Assembly: GCA_001600815.1 (NCBI GenBank)
Contig: BCKZ01000001.1
Coordinates: 788,613-852,612 of the forward strand
DNA from: Alloascoidea hylecoeti
Taxonomy: Eukaryota
DNA: 64,000 bases
Reading direction: 5' to 3'
Part shown: piece after piece, positions 1 through 13,150 of the stretch
How the letters are laid out: each line of letters begins with the position of its first letter
How positions within the stretch are numbered: position 1 is the first letter of the stretch
The notes under the pieces: model-generated
Seen by the model: only the letters and a program-made list of their open reading frames with translations
Told to the model about the DNA's origin: nothing
Databases searched by the model: none
Made by a program: the position numbers and the translations under genes

Positions 1-1280
1 AACTAAAGTGGTTTAGATAATATTGTTAGAGAAGGAAGAAAATTATGTATGAAAATTTATTATGAAGATGTAGAGGAGTGATGGGTGTCTTTAATTAAAT
101 AGTATCTAGTCAGAGGGTTTAATTGAAAATTATTATTTTTTTAAAAAGAAATCTCGTTTCAAAAAAACAGATTTACCAACATTCAATGTCTTGAAGAAGT
201 ACAGTGGTGGAAAGAACACAACTAAACCAATTAAAAATATTTCCCAAGCACTCACTATATGTTAGAAGTAGATAAACAAAATATGAAATAATTGACCGAT
301 TTTGTGAAAAGAATATTTGATTTCTAAAGAGAAGGCTGCTACTCATTTGTTGCGTATGTATTGGTGCTACTTCGAATTCATATATGTGTCAGAGCCACGC
401 AAAGCACTCAATCCATTGAAAAAACATGAATGGGGCATATTCTGGAGACAATTCAAGTATCAAGGAGGTTTCCAGATTGTATCTATTTTTAACATTGGTT
501 CAATCGTGGAAATGGTGAGTTATGCGAAAAGCATGCCTCCATCTTTACGACATATTCCACCTGGTGAACGACACCAAAGACTCTAAAATCTATAAGAAAT
601 CACTACCAGATTCTCCTGTATCTTACCAAAAATTTGTGTGTTATATATAAAAAATAAATGTTAACACTTAATTTTTTTTAGATTTTGTGACATATCTGGT
701 CGAGGGTTAAGAAACTCACCCAATAGCTATATAGCTCTAGATAGCTTTGTAATATTAAAAATAATTCCTTCTAGATCTGATGTTGTTTATCCATTTAGAA
801 CGTGATGAATTCTAAACACCTAACTATTCTTATATGTAATTACAATTAGTATTAAATGACGATTATCCAGAAAATTTTATTTATTATTATCACATTGTAT
901 ATTATGTATAATAATACTAATGAACTCACTTTATGTAGTCACTATACAGTTAAATTAAATATTATAAACGATGAGGGATAAACGTCCTTGATATGATCAC
1001 AAAAAAGAAACATAACAAATTCGCATCTATATAATTGATATTATTACGAACACAGCAATTCCAATGCAAAATTTAAAGCCAAACAATTTCTAAAAGAAAA
1101 TTGAAATAGCTCCCCCTAATCAAGCATTCTCTAAAATTTTATACACCCTTACGAGAAATACCAACAGTCTATAATCGATTTTTCAACGGATTTAATACTT
1201 AATATGTCTTCTAAACTAATATTTTCTTTATAAACAACGGGGTGAAAAAGCAAAATGTCAATGTTATAGGCTTGATTTGA

Positions 1281-4200
1281 TTAGAAATCAACACCAATAA
1301 CTAGAGCAAGTAATGCCATACGAACAAATAGACCATATCTCATCTAGAAAAAAGAACAAAAAAATTAGTTAGGTTAGTCAGATTAGTTAATTCATATTTA
1401 TTCAAGTTTTAATAACATACCTGTCTGAAATAGGCCGCTCGTTGATCAAAATCAACCTCTTCTTTGATCTCATTAACTCGGGGTAGAGGATGCATGACGC
1501 ACATATGCTTCTTTGCATGTCTTAATGTTCTGTTACCAATAACATAAGCATCTTTAACCTTTTCATAAACCTCCAAGTCTTCGAATCTCTCCTTTTGAAC
1601 TCTGGTACAATATAAGACATCAGTCTTAGAAATAATATCACTGGTCAATTCGTTACTCTCTGAAATCAACATGCCAGATTTTTTTAACTCATCGCGCAAT
1701 TCTTTAGGAAGGGCAAGTTCTGTAGGTGCGACTAATTGTACTCTAACTTGATAATGCCTAAAAAGTTTGCACAGTGAATGGACTGGTCTACCATATTTGA
1801 GATCACCCATGAATGTGATTACCAGTCCATTAACTGTACCCATCTCCTCTCTAATGGTGAATAAATCTAGGAATGCTTGTGTTGGATGCTCCAAAGAACC
1901 ATTGCCACCATTAATAATTGGAACAGGTGAGAACTTTGCGGCAATACCAGCACTTGATCCTTCGGGATGTCTTAGGACTATAGCATCAGAATAGCTTGCT
2001 AATGATCTAATAGTATCTTGTAGTGTTTCTCCTTTCTTGGTGGAAGAGGCGGACGCGGAAACTGCAACAACACGACCACCTAATCTCTGCATAGCAGCAT
2101 CAAATGAGGTAGCTGTTCTTGTAGAAGGTTCGTAAAACATGGTTGTTATAAGTCTGCCTTTTAAAACATCTAAAACACCAACTCTTTCAACACCCAATCT
2201 CATTTCTTGAGCAATTGTAAACAAAATATGTAAGTCACGTCTAGTGAACTGTTCAACCGATATAACATGGCGTCTAAGGAATGGGTTATTACTTCGAATC
2301 GCTGTTTGCAAAGCTGAAGTTGGAGACAATTCCCTTGAAATCTTTGGCTCGTTGAATAACAATTCTTCAGTATAAGATTGGCCTCCAGCCGCCGAATGTA
2401 CAGCAGCTGTGGATTGAACATCTTCTTCAAATACTGGAGCATTTCTACTCGCAATAGGAGAAACAATACTATTCATTACATTCTTAGAAAATGAAGCTCT
2501 TCTATCATACGAAGAAAATGAAACTCTTGTATTTCTTGAAACAGTTGGAGAGAGAGCTGCTCCAAATGAATCTTGTACTACTGATGAGATACTGAAAATA
2601 TCACTTCCATTAGTATCATTTGAAGTTAGTTCACCTTCATGGCAAACAACTTTTCCGTTGATTAAAACTCTTTCAACAGCACCTCTTAATTTATTTTTAT
2701 TAACAAATTTATCCCTACAAACATGTTTTAATGCTGAAGTTTTTCTATCAAGGTCAACTTCAACTGAAACATTTTGTTCAGGTAATTCGAAAATTCGAAC
2801 AGGGTTTGTATAAAGTTTAGTAACAATATCATCGATTGTTAATTTTCCAGTGTGAACTGCTGATATTAATAATGGTAATGCAGAAGTAATACCACTACCA
2901 GCAGTAGCAATCTCACCAAGTTCATTTGTAACTACAGTAGGTAAACTACCAATACTGAGACAATCAATTAGAGAAAATCCTTCCCATAAGCCATCTTGAT
3001 CCAACTTTGTAGGTAAGCTTACAGCTTTTGGGTAATCAGTTTGGTTTAAAAATAAGGAAAATACCGAAACATCACAAGTAACTTTCAGTCCTCTTTCCTT
3101 AGATAAATTTATTAAATCTAAATCACCTTTTGTCCTCACATTGGTAATATGAATCGATCTATTGTGCAAACTAGCAAGCAACAAAACTGATGCCAAATGA
3201 GTTGCACTTGCATCAGTGACGATAAGTTTTGATTCAGGCCAACTAGTAAAATGTTTGCTTACAGCAGAAATATCGACTAACTTTTCAGTAAGAATATTGA
3301 ATGGGATAAACAAATAGCTAACACTATTATTCACTTGAGATAATTGGGAAGTATTGGTATTCGTAGCACATACAGAAAACGCATAATCAGTGTGAGCAAA
3401 TCCATTCGTGTTATTCCTAGCCAATGTTAAAGATCTAGCATCAGTGATTCCCGAAGGTAAAAGCAAAGAATTTGTAAAGCCAGATTTTAAACCTAAAGCG
3501 GTAACTTGTTCAAAAGTGTTTGACTCCACTGTAAGGTCAGGAATATAAGTTGCAATATTAACTAAACCTGGTAAAATAACAGTTTCATGACTAGTTTGGG
3601 CATCAATTGAAGAAACTTCTAATTGAATATTTCTTGCCAAGGCTTCAATCAACAATTTAGCACATTTAACATTTGTGACTAATGGGATAGCGTAATCAAT
3701 TGCCATTCTTCTTGATAAGTAGCCTTTACTAATATAAGAAGCTGGGCGTCTAAATCTGTTTGAACTTGGCAAATTAATATACATATCAATCAAGTTATTA
3801 GCTAAATGTTCAGTTAAAGAAAATTCACTCTTTTGATCTTTATCACTTGAAACTTCTAAAAATTGAACTGGGATACCATGCTCTTGAATAAAATCAGCGG
3901 TTCCTGCAGTTGCAAATAATTTATAACCAAGGGCATCTAATTTTTTAACAGCTGGCAATAATTCCATCTTTTCTTTGAAAGATCCAATTGATAATAAAAT
4001 ATTCTTTTTTGGAAGAGAAAATCCAGTAGCAATTAACGATTTCAAGTAAGCTTCGTATTTATTATGACCAAAAGTTGCAACCTCACCAGTTGAAGCCATC
4101 TCAACACCCAAAATAGGATCAGCACCTGATAATCTTGAAAAAGAAAATTGAGGTACCTTAACAGCACAATAATCATGGGGCACTTCCTTCAATGGATATG

Positions 4201-7200
4201 GTTCAACATCGAATCCCATAATAGCTTTAGTAGCCATTTCAATTAAATCGGTACCCATAACTTTAGAAATAAATGGGAACGATCTGGAGGCACGAACATT
4301 ACATTCAATAACCTTAATTTCATTATTCTTGGCAATAAATTGAATATTATAAGGACCAGTAACATTGAGAGCACTACCAATTTTTGCAGTAGCAACAACT
4401 ATTCTTTTAATTGTTTCAGGATCTAAATCTTGAGGAGGAACAATTAAAGTTGCATCGCCAGAATGAACTCCAGCGTTTTCAACATGTTCAGAAACAACAT
4501 GCATGATCATTTTACCATTTAAAGCTACAGCATCCATTTCAATCTCTTTAGCATTCTCAATATATTTTGTAATAACAACAGGGTAGTCTTTTGAAACTTC
4601 AACAGCTTGGTTCAAATAGCTTTCTAAATCATCACGAGAGTACACTGTATTCATTGCAGCACCAGATAAAACATATGATGGTCGGACTAATACAGGATAA
4701 GAAACTTTATTAGCAAAATCTTCAGCTTCACTAATTGAAGTTAGTTCTTTCCAAGCAGGTTGATCAACACCAATTCTGTCCAACATTCTTGAAAATTTAT
4801 ATCTATTCTCAGCAGAGTCAATCATTTCAGGAGATGTACCTAAAATCTTAACATTTTGACGATGTAATGGAATTGCAATATTATTTGATGTTTGACCACC
4901 CATAGAAATAATAACACCTGTTGAGCTTTCAAAATCATAGATATCCAAAACTCTCTCCATATTAATAACTTCAAAATATAATCTATCGGCTTCGTCGTAG
5001 TCCGTACTAACAGTCTCTGGATTATAATTGATCATGATAGTTTTCGCCTTTTGTTCACGTAATGTTCTTACAGCTCTAACTGCACACCAATCGAACTCAA
5101 CAGAAGAACCAATTCTATAAACACCTGAACCAAGAACAATAACACCTTTACTATTCTCAACATCATTTTGAGATGCAGAATAGGTAAGATATAAATAATT
5201 TGTAAATGCAGGGAATTCAGCAGCAACTGTATCAATTTGTTTAACAAATGGTATAATTCCAGCCTCAACTCTTCTTCTTCTAACAGCCAATTCATTTGAA
5301 CCAGTAAATTTTGCAATTTGTCTATCTTCAAACCCTAATTGTTTAGCTTGCCTTATAACATTTAGCGGCACTTGTGATGCTGAAGGATATTTGGTTGATA
5401 AATCTTTTGCAAAAACAATTAAAGAATTTAATTTATTTAAAAACCATTTATCGATCCTTGTCATTTGCCAAATTTTATCAACTGAATAACCTGAATCTAA
5501 AGCATTTGCAATTGCAAATAATCTTTGATCAGAAGGAGTCTGTAATTCAGTATCAATAGACATCAAAGCATCATAATTTGAGTTGAATCCTAAATTATGG
5601 TAATCAGTTGATCTAATTGCCTTTTGGATTGCTTCTTCAAATGTTCGTCCTATACTCATTACTTCACCAACTGATTTCATAGATGATGATAATTCCTTCG
5701 AAACTCTTGTAAATTTCTTCAAGTCCCATCTTGGGATTTTAACAACAACATAATCTAATGATGGTTCAAAACAAGCAGATGTCAATTTTGTAACTGAATT
5801 CTTGATTTCATTTAATGGTATATTTAAACCTAATTTTGCTGCAATGAAAGCTAATGGATAACCAGTTGCCTTCGATGCTAAAGCCGAAGATCTTGATAAT
5901 CTTGCATTGACTTCAATAATACAATATTCTTTTGAAAATGGATTTAGAGCATATTGAATATTACATTCACCAACAACACCTAAATGTCTAATAACATTAA
6001 CAGCAGTTGTTCTCAACATATTATAATCTTCATCGGATAAAGTTTGTGATGGAGCAACAACAATTGAATCACCAGTATGAATACCCAATGGATCAAAATT
6101 TTCCATATTACAAACAGTAATACAATTATCAAATGCATCTCTTACAACTTCATATTCAATTTCTTTCCACCCTTTCATTGATCTTTCAATAAGAACTTGA
6201 GGACTTGTTGCAAACGCTTTATTACATAAAGCTACTAATTCATCTTCATTATCAGCAAAACCAGAACCTAAACCGCCTAAAGCGTAGGCTGCTCTTACAA
6301 TGACCGGATACTTAATATCTTTAACAACCTCTAAGGCTTCTTTAACAGATGAAGCTGTTGCAGATTTTGCGCATTTTTCACCGATTTCTTCCATACTTCT
6401 GGCAAATAATTCACGATCTTCGGTTGTAATAACAGTATCAATTGGGGTGCCCAGTACTTTAACACCAAGGCTTTCAAACTCATCCTTTAATTGGATACCG
6501 ACATTTAAGGCAGTTTGACCACCAAAGGTAACATAAATAGAATCAGGTTGTTCATATTTAATAACCTTACGTACAAATTCAGGTGTGACAGGCAAGAAAT
6601 AAACTTTATCGGCCAAACCTTTTGAGGTTTGAATTGTTGCAATATTTGGATTAATCAAAATTGTATAAATACCTTCTTCTTTTAATGCCTTGATTGCTTG
6701 TGAACCAGAATAATCAAATTCACCAGCTTGTCCAATACTTAAACCACCAGATCCTAAAACAAGAACTTTCTTTGCATCAATTTTTGGATGTTTTGCAGAA
6801 TTTTCAGAAGCTGTTCCACCTGGAAAGTGAATTGGTTTCAAAATACCAGTGTTTTTATGTTCTAATACCGCTTTAATGAAAACATCAAATAAAAATTCAG
6901 TATCTCTTGGACCTGGGGTAGATTCTGGATGAAATTGAACAGAAAAGTAAGGTAGAGAATTATGAAAGATACCTTCATTTGAACTATCGTTTGCATTAAC
7001 AAACAATTCTTCCCAACCATTTGATAAAGTTTTAGTATCAACAGCATAACCATGATTTTGAGAAGTTATATAACATCTACCATTTATTAAGTTAGTTGCA
7101 GGTATATTATGACCACGATTACCAAATTTCAATTTTAAAGTCGAAGCACCAGAAGCACGAGCGAGCAATTGATGACCAAGACAAATACCAAAGACTGGTG

Positions 7201-8035
7201 TCTTTTTAGAATCCAAAACTTTAGTTAAACGAGAGGTGAGATCACGTAAGGTTGCTGGATCACCAGGACCATTTGAAACAAATAAACCATCAAATGACTC
7301 ATTTGAAAAGTCATAATTATATGGCACAACTTTTAATTCAACACCTCTATTGATGAAGCATCTGATTTGATTATATTTCATACCAACATCTATCGCTAAA
7401 ATACGAATTGTTTTACCATCAGGGCTCTTGACAGCTAAGTTTTCAGGCGGAGTGTATAGAATTGGAGCTTTAATAGAAACTTCAGCAACAAGATTATTAA
7501 GATTTGGATCAACCCATTCAGGTATTTTTTCATTTTGAAAAATTAATCTACCAAGAGTAGAACCATTTTCACGTAAATATTTTGTCAAGGAACGAGTATC
7601 AGCGCCATATAAAGCAGGAATACCTTCATCTTTTAACCATTGACCTAAAGAAGAAGTTGCCAAGTAATGAGAATAGTCTTCAGTATAATGAGCAACAATT
7701 AAACCGGCAATATGAATTTTATTTGATTCAAAATATTTTGGTAAACTTGGAATAATTTCATCCATCTTCTCACGAGAAGGGACACCGTAATTACCGACCA
7801 ATGGGAAGGTAATGACTAAGATCTGACCTCTATATGACGGATCAGTAATTGATTCGGGATATCCAACCATACCAGTTTGGAAAACCAATTCACCAGCAAT
7901 TGAAGATTCCGAGCCAAAAGAATACCCATTGATTTTAGTGCCATTTTTCAATTCAAGGGTCATTAATTTATCATTTGAGGATAAGGGAGGAGTGATTGGA
8001 ACGTAGGGTTCCAATTGGGTTAATGTTGAAGACAT
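1281..8035 (-). CDS. URA2: Multifunctional pyrimidine enzyme (GATase-CPSase-inactive DHOase-like-ATCase); exons 8035-1421 and 1343-1281
   Basis: GATase [10 protein letters not shown] and QFHPE; CPSase [17 protein letters not shown]; ATCase [18 protein letters not shown]. Intron 1420-1344 (GTATGT, GACTAAC, TAG) restores the conserved end [20 protein letters not shown]. Confidence 0.98.
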
Positions 8036-8039
8036 TGTT

Positions 8040-8159
8040 CTGTGAACTGGTTAGACATAGGGAAAAATTAAGCTCAAAGTCATCAGGATCAAGATCAAGC
8101 AACAAAAATTTAAAATTCAAAATGACAAGTGAAATTTTAGCATGTATATTTAGCCATAC
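8040..8159 (-). other. 5'UTR spliceosomal intron of URA2
   Basis: G|GTATGG donor at 8159, TCTAAC branch point, CAG acceptor at 8040, 4 nt before the ATG. Confidence 0.75.
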
Positions 8160-8594
8160 CTTTCTTTATTTTAAGAATCAGTAGAATCAGAGCAGACGAA
8201 GATTTTCAAGTATCCGAAGGGAATTAATCGCCAAAAAATGTAGGAAAATTTTTCTAAAACAATATTTTAGGCATTAGTCGAAAATAACCTCAAAAAAGCA
8301 ACCAGGATATTATTTATCTATTTTTTGTAGTAAAATAAAGAGTTTCCATCGTCAATTAAACAAAAAACATACTTTGAATAAAACGACCAGTCAAAAACAG
8401 CAGTTTGCTAATAATCTTTTGGAAATTTCAGTCTTCTGCTTGCCTGATAAAAAGGAAAAAAAAAATTAACGGAAAAAAATATAAAATATACTTTAAATCA
8501 GGTCACATGTTCTGGATCTACACTGAAGATGCACGGGTGTTAAGTTTAACTGAAAAGCAAATAAATAACATAATATTATATAATTATACACACA

Positions 8595-10082
8595 TCAAAT
8601 ATATCCAGCCTCGCTGATATTACCATGATCAGGCTCCGCACTTTCGTTCGCCTGTAGTAAAGCTCTGGCAATCTCAATCTCATTATCTCCCGCTTGCACA
8701 TGCTCCTCAAACGCGCTTTCCACCTGTGGATCAACAGGAATATCATCATTTGCTTGTCGGTGCTGATTATCATTTTGATTATTATCAGTATCGACATTAT
8801 GTGATTGGTGATCTTCATCATGTTGATTAGACTGTTTTAGATAGTGTTCATTTGAAGAATTCGAACGTTGTGCTGCCTCTACTGCTGCGAGTATCGGATC
8901 GTCTATAGGTAGATCAAAATTAGAATCTGTATTATGATTACCTTGTAATTGTGCTGCTGCAACAAGAGAATGAACTTTACTACTATCCATATCAAAAGAT
9001 TCAAGATTTATATCATGCGAAGAATGGTGAAGATTGCCTCTTTTAACTTTTGCAATTGCTCTGTTAAATGAAATAGACGGTTTAACAATGTTATCTCTGC
9101 AATCTTGACAACTTCTTATAGCAATAGCAACCGTATCTTTAATTCTAGTCCAGTGATATCGTTCAGTTATCGCAGATGTTGTCTTGTTGATACCACTATG
9201 CGTGTTTAGATGATATTTAGTAGCAATCCGTAGTTGCTCGGCAGGATCCGCAATTACTATTCTACCCTTTAACATCAATTTACCATCTTCGACAGTATAA
9301 TGTGAGGCTGATGAACGAAGCCTTGATTTTTCTTGACGGTTTGACATTGGTGGATAAGTCCCTGTTTCCAAATAGTATTTAATTTTATCAAAACGATATG
9401 CACCAACACTTGAGTCTGCAATATGGGCCAATTCTCTACCATATATGATTCCATCAACTGCGTTATCATAACCTTTTAGAATACCAGCACCTGTGATTCT
9501 ACCAATCCTTTTGAAGTTCAAAGTTTCAAAGATTCTTCTTGCAAAAAGATTAGTATCATAAACCAGATTAAAAATGCAAGACGTGTATCCCAACCTTGGG
9601 GCCCAGTTTAAAAAACATTCAGCTAATGTTCTACCAATACCTTTACCCCTAATTCCAGCATTTACTAGAAAACTTCCGGTACAGATCTCAGAACAACGTC
9701 CAGGATAATTTGGTTTGATAAAGAAAGTCCCTAAACATTCCTTTTCCCATGGCCTGTCTTCCTCAGTTAAGGGGGAATCCCCAATAACCATTATTGCAGC
9801 AAAGCTCCCCAACCAATAGTTTCTGAATGTATCAAGATGCAAAGTTTCAAAAAACGGTAAAGTAACTCCTCTTTCGATTTCCATGTTCAACTCATCACAG
9901 AGAAATGCTTGAAGTCCAGCCGGGACTTGGCTTACGTCGGATATTGGATAGATGGTGGCAGTGGTTTGGCCATCTTTCAAGAGAACGGTGTGTGGCTCAA
10001 TATTCACTGGAGGATAATCGAGGGAACCTGTGGAAGGTCTGTAATGAGCCGGCTGAGTTGGGTCGTCGAAAGTTGAAGGCAT
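8595..10082 (-). CDS. SPT10: Spt10 histone-gene activator (GNAT acetyltransferase plus His2-Cys2 zinc finger)
   Basis: FFIKPNYPGRCS, RGKGIGRTL GNAT motif; H-x3-H SGINKTT...YHW..IK...C-x2-C; adjacent to NIT2 as in S. cerevisiae. Confidence 0.93.
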   Translation of the reverse strand: MPSTFDDPTQPAHYRPSTGSLDYPPVNIEPHTVLLKDGQTTATIYPISDVSQVPAGLQAFLCDELNMEIERGVTLPFFETLHLDTFRNYWLGSFAAIMVIGDSPLTEEDRPWEKECLGTFFIKPNYPGRCSEICTGSFLVNAGIRGKGIGRTLAECFLNWAPRLGYTSCIFNLVYDTNLFARRIFETLNFKRIGRITGAGILKGYDNAVDGIIYGRELAHIADSSVGAYRFDKIKYYLETGTYPPMSNRQEKSRLRSSASHYTVEDGKLMLKGRIVIADPAEQLRIATKYHLNTHSGINKTTSAITERYHWTRIKDTVAIAIRSCQDCRDNIVKPSISFNRAIAKVKRGNLHHSSHDINLESFDMDSSKVHSLVAAAQLQGNHNTDSNFDLPIDDPILAAVEAAQRSNSSNEHYLKQSNQHDEDHQSHNVDTDNNQNDNQHRQANDDIPVDPQVESAFEEHVQAGDNEIEIARALLQANESAEPDHGNISEAGYI

Positions 10083-10144
10083 TCTGAAAACTTCTTTGTA
10101 TGGGCATATCTCAGAATGAGCGAACTGACGAAATATTTATGTGG

Positions 10145-10172
10145 ACCCCGCGTTACCCGGCGCGGAACCGGC
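10145..10172. promoter_or_regulatory. Reb1-type site (TTACCCG, 10153-10159) with flanking CGCG elements in the SPT10/NIT2 bidirectional promoter
   Basis: ccccgcgTTACCCGgcgcgg, a GC island in a 152-bp divergent spacer. Confidence 0.6.
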
Positions 10173-10234
10173 TGTTCCTATGGCTGGACTGTTAGCTGGT
10201 GGAGTCCAGATCCAGATAGAGATGTACATAAATA

Positions 10235-11101
10235 ATGACTTTGGTCGCAGCAGGACAATTAACCTCCACAAATAACCTGCTCCACAATTTGGGCCTGGTT
10301 AAAACCCTTATTTCCAAGGCAATTGCTTCAAAGGCTAGAATCCTGTTCTTGCCCGAAGCTACTGACTATATTGCAACAAGCGTAGCTGAATCCTTATCTT
10401 TAGTTCACCCTGTTGAAACTGGCCCGTTGATCACTGGAATACAAAAAGAACTAAAAGCTCATAGTAGCTCTCATACTCCTTCCTTATTGGATGTTGTTGT
10501 TGGAATCCATGAGCCAACAATTGGCGGCAAAAGAGTAAAGAATACGTTACTCTATATTGACTCAAATGGCGTCATTTTGAAACGGTATCAAAAAATTCAT
10601 TTATTTGATGTTGATGTTGAAAATGGTCCAATTTTAAGGGAATCGACATCCGTCGAACCAGGAAATGAAATCTTAAGTCCATTTGATACCCCAGCTGGTA
10701 AGCTTGGACTATCAATTTGCTATGATTTAAGATTTCCAGAATTAGCTCTGAGATTAAGATCATTAGGTGCACAAATATTAACATTCCCTTCTGCTTTCAC
10801 TGTTCGTACAGGTCAAGCTCATTGGGAATTACTTGCAAGAGCAAGAGCTGTTGATACTCAAAGCTATGTCATTATGCCCGCTCAAGTTGGTACACATGAT
10901 CCTGGCACTGGTAAAAGAGTCAGCTATGGACACGCGTTAATTGTCGATCCATGGGGAACAGTAATTTCACACACTGATGTTAATATTTTAGATCCTCAAT
11001 TGGCAATTGCTGATATTGATCTAGAAGGAATCGAAAAAGTTAGACAAAATATGCCCTTATGGGAGCAAAGAAGGCCTGATGTATTTGGATATAAGGTATA
11101 A
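10235..11101 (+). CDS. NIT2: Nitrilase-superfamily amidase (deaminated-glutathione amidase type)
   Basis: Catalytic triad motifs FLPEATDY, YQKIHLFD, ICYDLRFPE; synteny with SPT10. Confidence 0.9.
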   Translation: MTLVAAGQLTSTNNLLHNLGLVKTLISKAIASKARILFLPEATDYIATSVAESLSLVHPVETGPLITGIQKELKAHSSSHTPSLLDVVVGIHEPTIGGKRVKNTLLYIDSNGVILKRYQKIHLFDVDVENGPILRESTSVEPGNEILSPFDTPAGKLGLSICYDLRFPELALRLRSLGAQILTFPSAFTVRTGQAHWELLARARAVDTQSYVIMPAQVGTHDPGTGKRVSYGHALIVDPWGTVISHTDVNILDPQLAIADIDLEGIEKVRQNMPLWEQRRPDVFGYKV

Positions 11102-11160
11102 TTTCTTAATATACCTAAAAAGGTATCCAGTTAAAGCTATAATTGAAATTTACATAATAG

Positions 11161-11186
<26 letters not shown>
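11161..11186. repeat. (AT)n microsatellite in the convergent NIT2/MTC1 3' region
   Basis: About 13 AT units seen directly. Confidence 0.9.
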
Positions 11187-11191
<5 letters not shown>

Positions 11192-11229
11192 AGTTAATTT
11201 GTATGTCAATTTAAACATAAAGATAAAAT

Positions 11230-12753
11230 CTAATATCCCATCCTTTTAATAACATATGTTTGTGCTACTGTTCCCAGTGATAACCGTAATCCTTGTGCAA
11301 TCCAATCTAAAACCCAGTCTGTAGGGTCAATGTCATCAGATTCGGAACCACTTGATTCACGATGATCTAACTCCTTCTCTTCGTTTTCAATGGGCCCCGA
11401 CTCGGATTTCTTTTCTTCATCATCTGAATGAGCTAAACGTGGCTTGTTTTTCTTGTCCAACCAATTTGCCCATTTAATTGGGAAAGCTTGAGAATGTGAA
11501 ACAACATTAATATCATGGACAGGATCAGATAAATAAATAATAAAAAAGAATGAATCTGTTTGGCTTTCAACAATATTGAAAAAAGTAATTCCATCATCTG
11601 TTCCTTTACCATTATTAACGGGTTGTTCACCATCTTCTGACAAACAAACAGCTAAAATTGAAACATAAATATTTGAAATTCGAGTACCTTTACCACTTTC
11701 TTTTATTTCTTCTGGATCTTCAACAAAATTTTTAATTCCCTCCTCTAAGTTTGCCTTTGCAAGTTTTGTTGCAGCATCTAATGTGCCATAAAATATATTT
11801 AAACTTGGGGTTGCCTCTTTACTCTTTGATTTCACAATCTTCAAGTCACCACCTCCTTCAACCTGATGCATAACTGTATGGAAAACTCGATATAATGAAT
11901 CATCGATTAATGACGAATAACCAATTAAATCATAAAAAGAGTGAATTATAAGTTTTTCTTGTGCACCAATTTCTAATGGTGGTGCAATGGCACCTAAAAC
12001 TGATGATAATTGAGATGTGAACCTGTTTATACCTTTAATCAAAGATTGTGACCTGTCATTTTCATGTTCTCCAGTTGAATTTGCCCGTTGAGAGGATGTG
12101 CCTTCCTCATCATTATCTTCTTCTTCACCTTCACCCATTATATCTTGATCAATCACTTCAGAAATCAATTTTGAGGCCGTTTTCAATCTTTCGTCTAAAT
12201 TAATGTTTGGCGCTTGTTTTTGGATTTCACGAACCCGTGCTTCTGCATTTTTGACAGCCGATGAAGCAGTATCCCAAAGGCCACCTTTGTTTTGTCCCCA
12301 CCAACTTGACAACGATGCAATAGGATTTGGTAAATCGATAGGTTCATCATCACTATTGTCATCGTTTTCATAATCAAATTGTTCGATTACTGCTTTATCT
12401 TGTTCGGTACCCAAAACAGAAGCTGGTGCATTGATAATTGTAGGTGTCTCCTTAAATCCAACTTCTTTTTTAATATTTGGATTTAAAGTAGGAGTACCAC
12501 TTCTTGATTGTTCTCTACTTTTAGATTTTGTCCTCGTCACTGCTGGATCATTAGCAATAGAATCTAAAAAATCTAAAATTTCCTCATCCCCACCACTAGA
12601 CTTTGTACTCTTATTTTCATTTACTTTCCCTGAACCAGTTGTTGAATCTCCTCCTCCAATTTTACCTGCTTTTGAACTCTTATCTAATGAAGAATTTGTA
12701 CCTTCAAGTTCATCTAAAAAATCAAGAACATCATCTGCGTTATTTCCTGACAT
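11230..12753 (-). CDS. MTC1: Maintenance of telomere capping protein 1 family; likely start MSGNNADD at 12753
   Basis: DDVLDFLDEL, PIASLSSWW, SQAFPIKWANWLD, DPTDWV.DWI..GL.LSLG.VAQ.YVI.RMG; synteny with URA2/TRK1/SPT10/NIT2. Confidence 0.85.
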   Translation of the reverse strand: MSGNNADDVLDFLDELEGTNSSLDKSSKAGKIGGGDSTTGSGKVNENKSTKSSGGDEEILDFLDSIANDPAVTRTKSKSREQSRSGTPTLNPNIKKEVGFKETPTIINAPASVLGTEQDKAVIEQFDYENDDNSDDEPIDLPNPIASLSSWWGQNKGGLWDTASSAVKNAEARVREIQKQAPNINLDERLKTASKLISEVIDQDIMGEGEEEDNDEEGTSSQRANSTGEHENDRSQSLIKGINRFTSQLSSVLGAIAPPLEIGAQEKLIIHSFYDLIGYSSLIDDSLYRVFHTVMHQVEGGGDLKIVKSKSKEATPSLNIFYGTLDAATKLAKANLEEGIKNFVEDPEEIKESGKGTRISNIYVSILAVCLSEDGEQPVNNGKGTDDGITFFNIVESQTDSFFFIIYLSDPVHDINVVSHSQAFPIKWANWLDKKNKPRLAHSDDEEKKSESGPIENEEKELDHRESSGSESDDIDPTDWVLDWIAQGLRLSLGTVAQTYVIKRMGY

Positions 12754-13150
12754 TGCGTATAAATCTAAGAAAATAGGTTTTATGGGGTTTGTCTTCGATA
12801 TCAATCTGTCTGTTCCAATAGTATTAAATAGACCTTCGTGGTTCCTCCATACACCTAAAACTAGCTCTTTGCTCATTATTAACGGTATAACATAACTACA
12901 CAGTAAATTATACTGGAATCACATATTTATTTATTTTGTATTTTCAACAGTAAATTGAAATTGTAAAAGTGAGCAAATTGCTCTTAATATATAGTACCTA
13001 CCAATAACCTTAGATAGCCTTAAATATATCACAGAGTTAGATATGAAAATAAGCAGGTTTATAGTTATAGATGATACAATACATTATACGAAATACCCAG
13101 TTATATATACTAAAACAATATTAATCATTAACATTTATTTTTAAAAACTT

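Noticed and set aside
317..586. 89-aa ORF or possible pogo relic
   Set aside because: TTG start; only faint transposase-like residues in another frame, too weak to call.
2600..3590. Dihydroorotase-like domain of URA2 lacking the metal-binding His residues
   Set aside because: Known feature of fungal Ura2, not novel.
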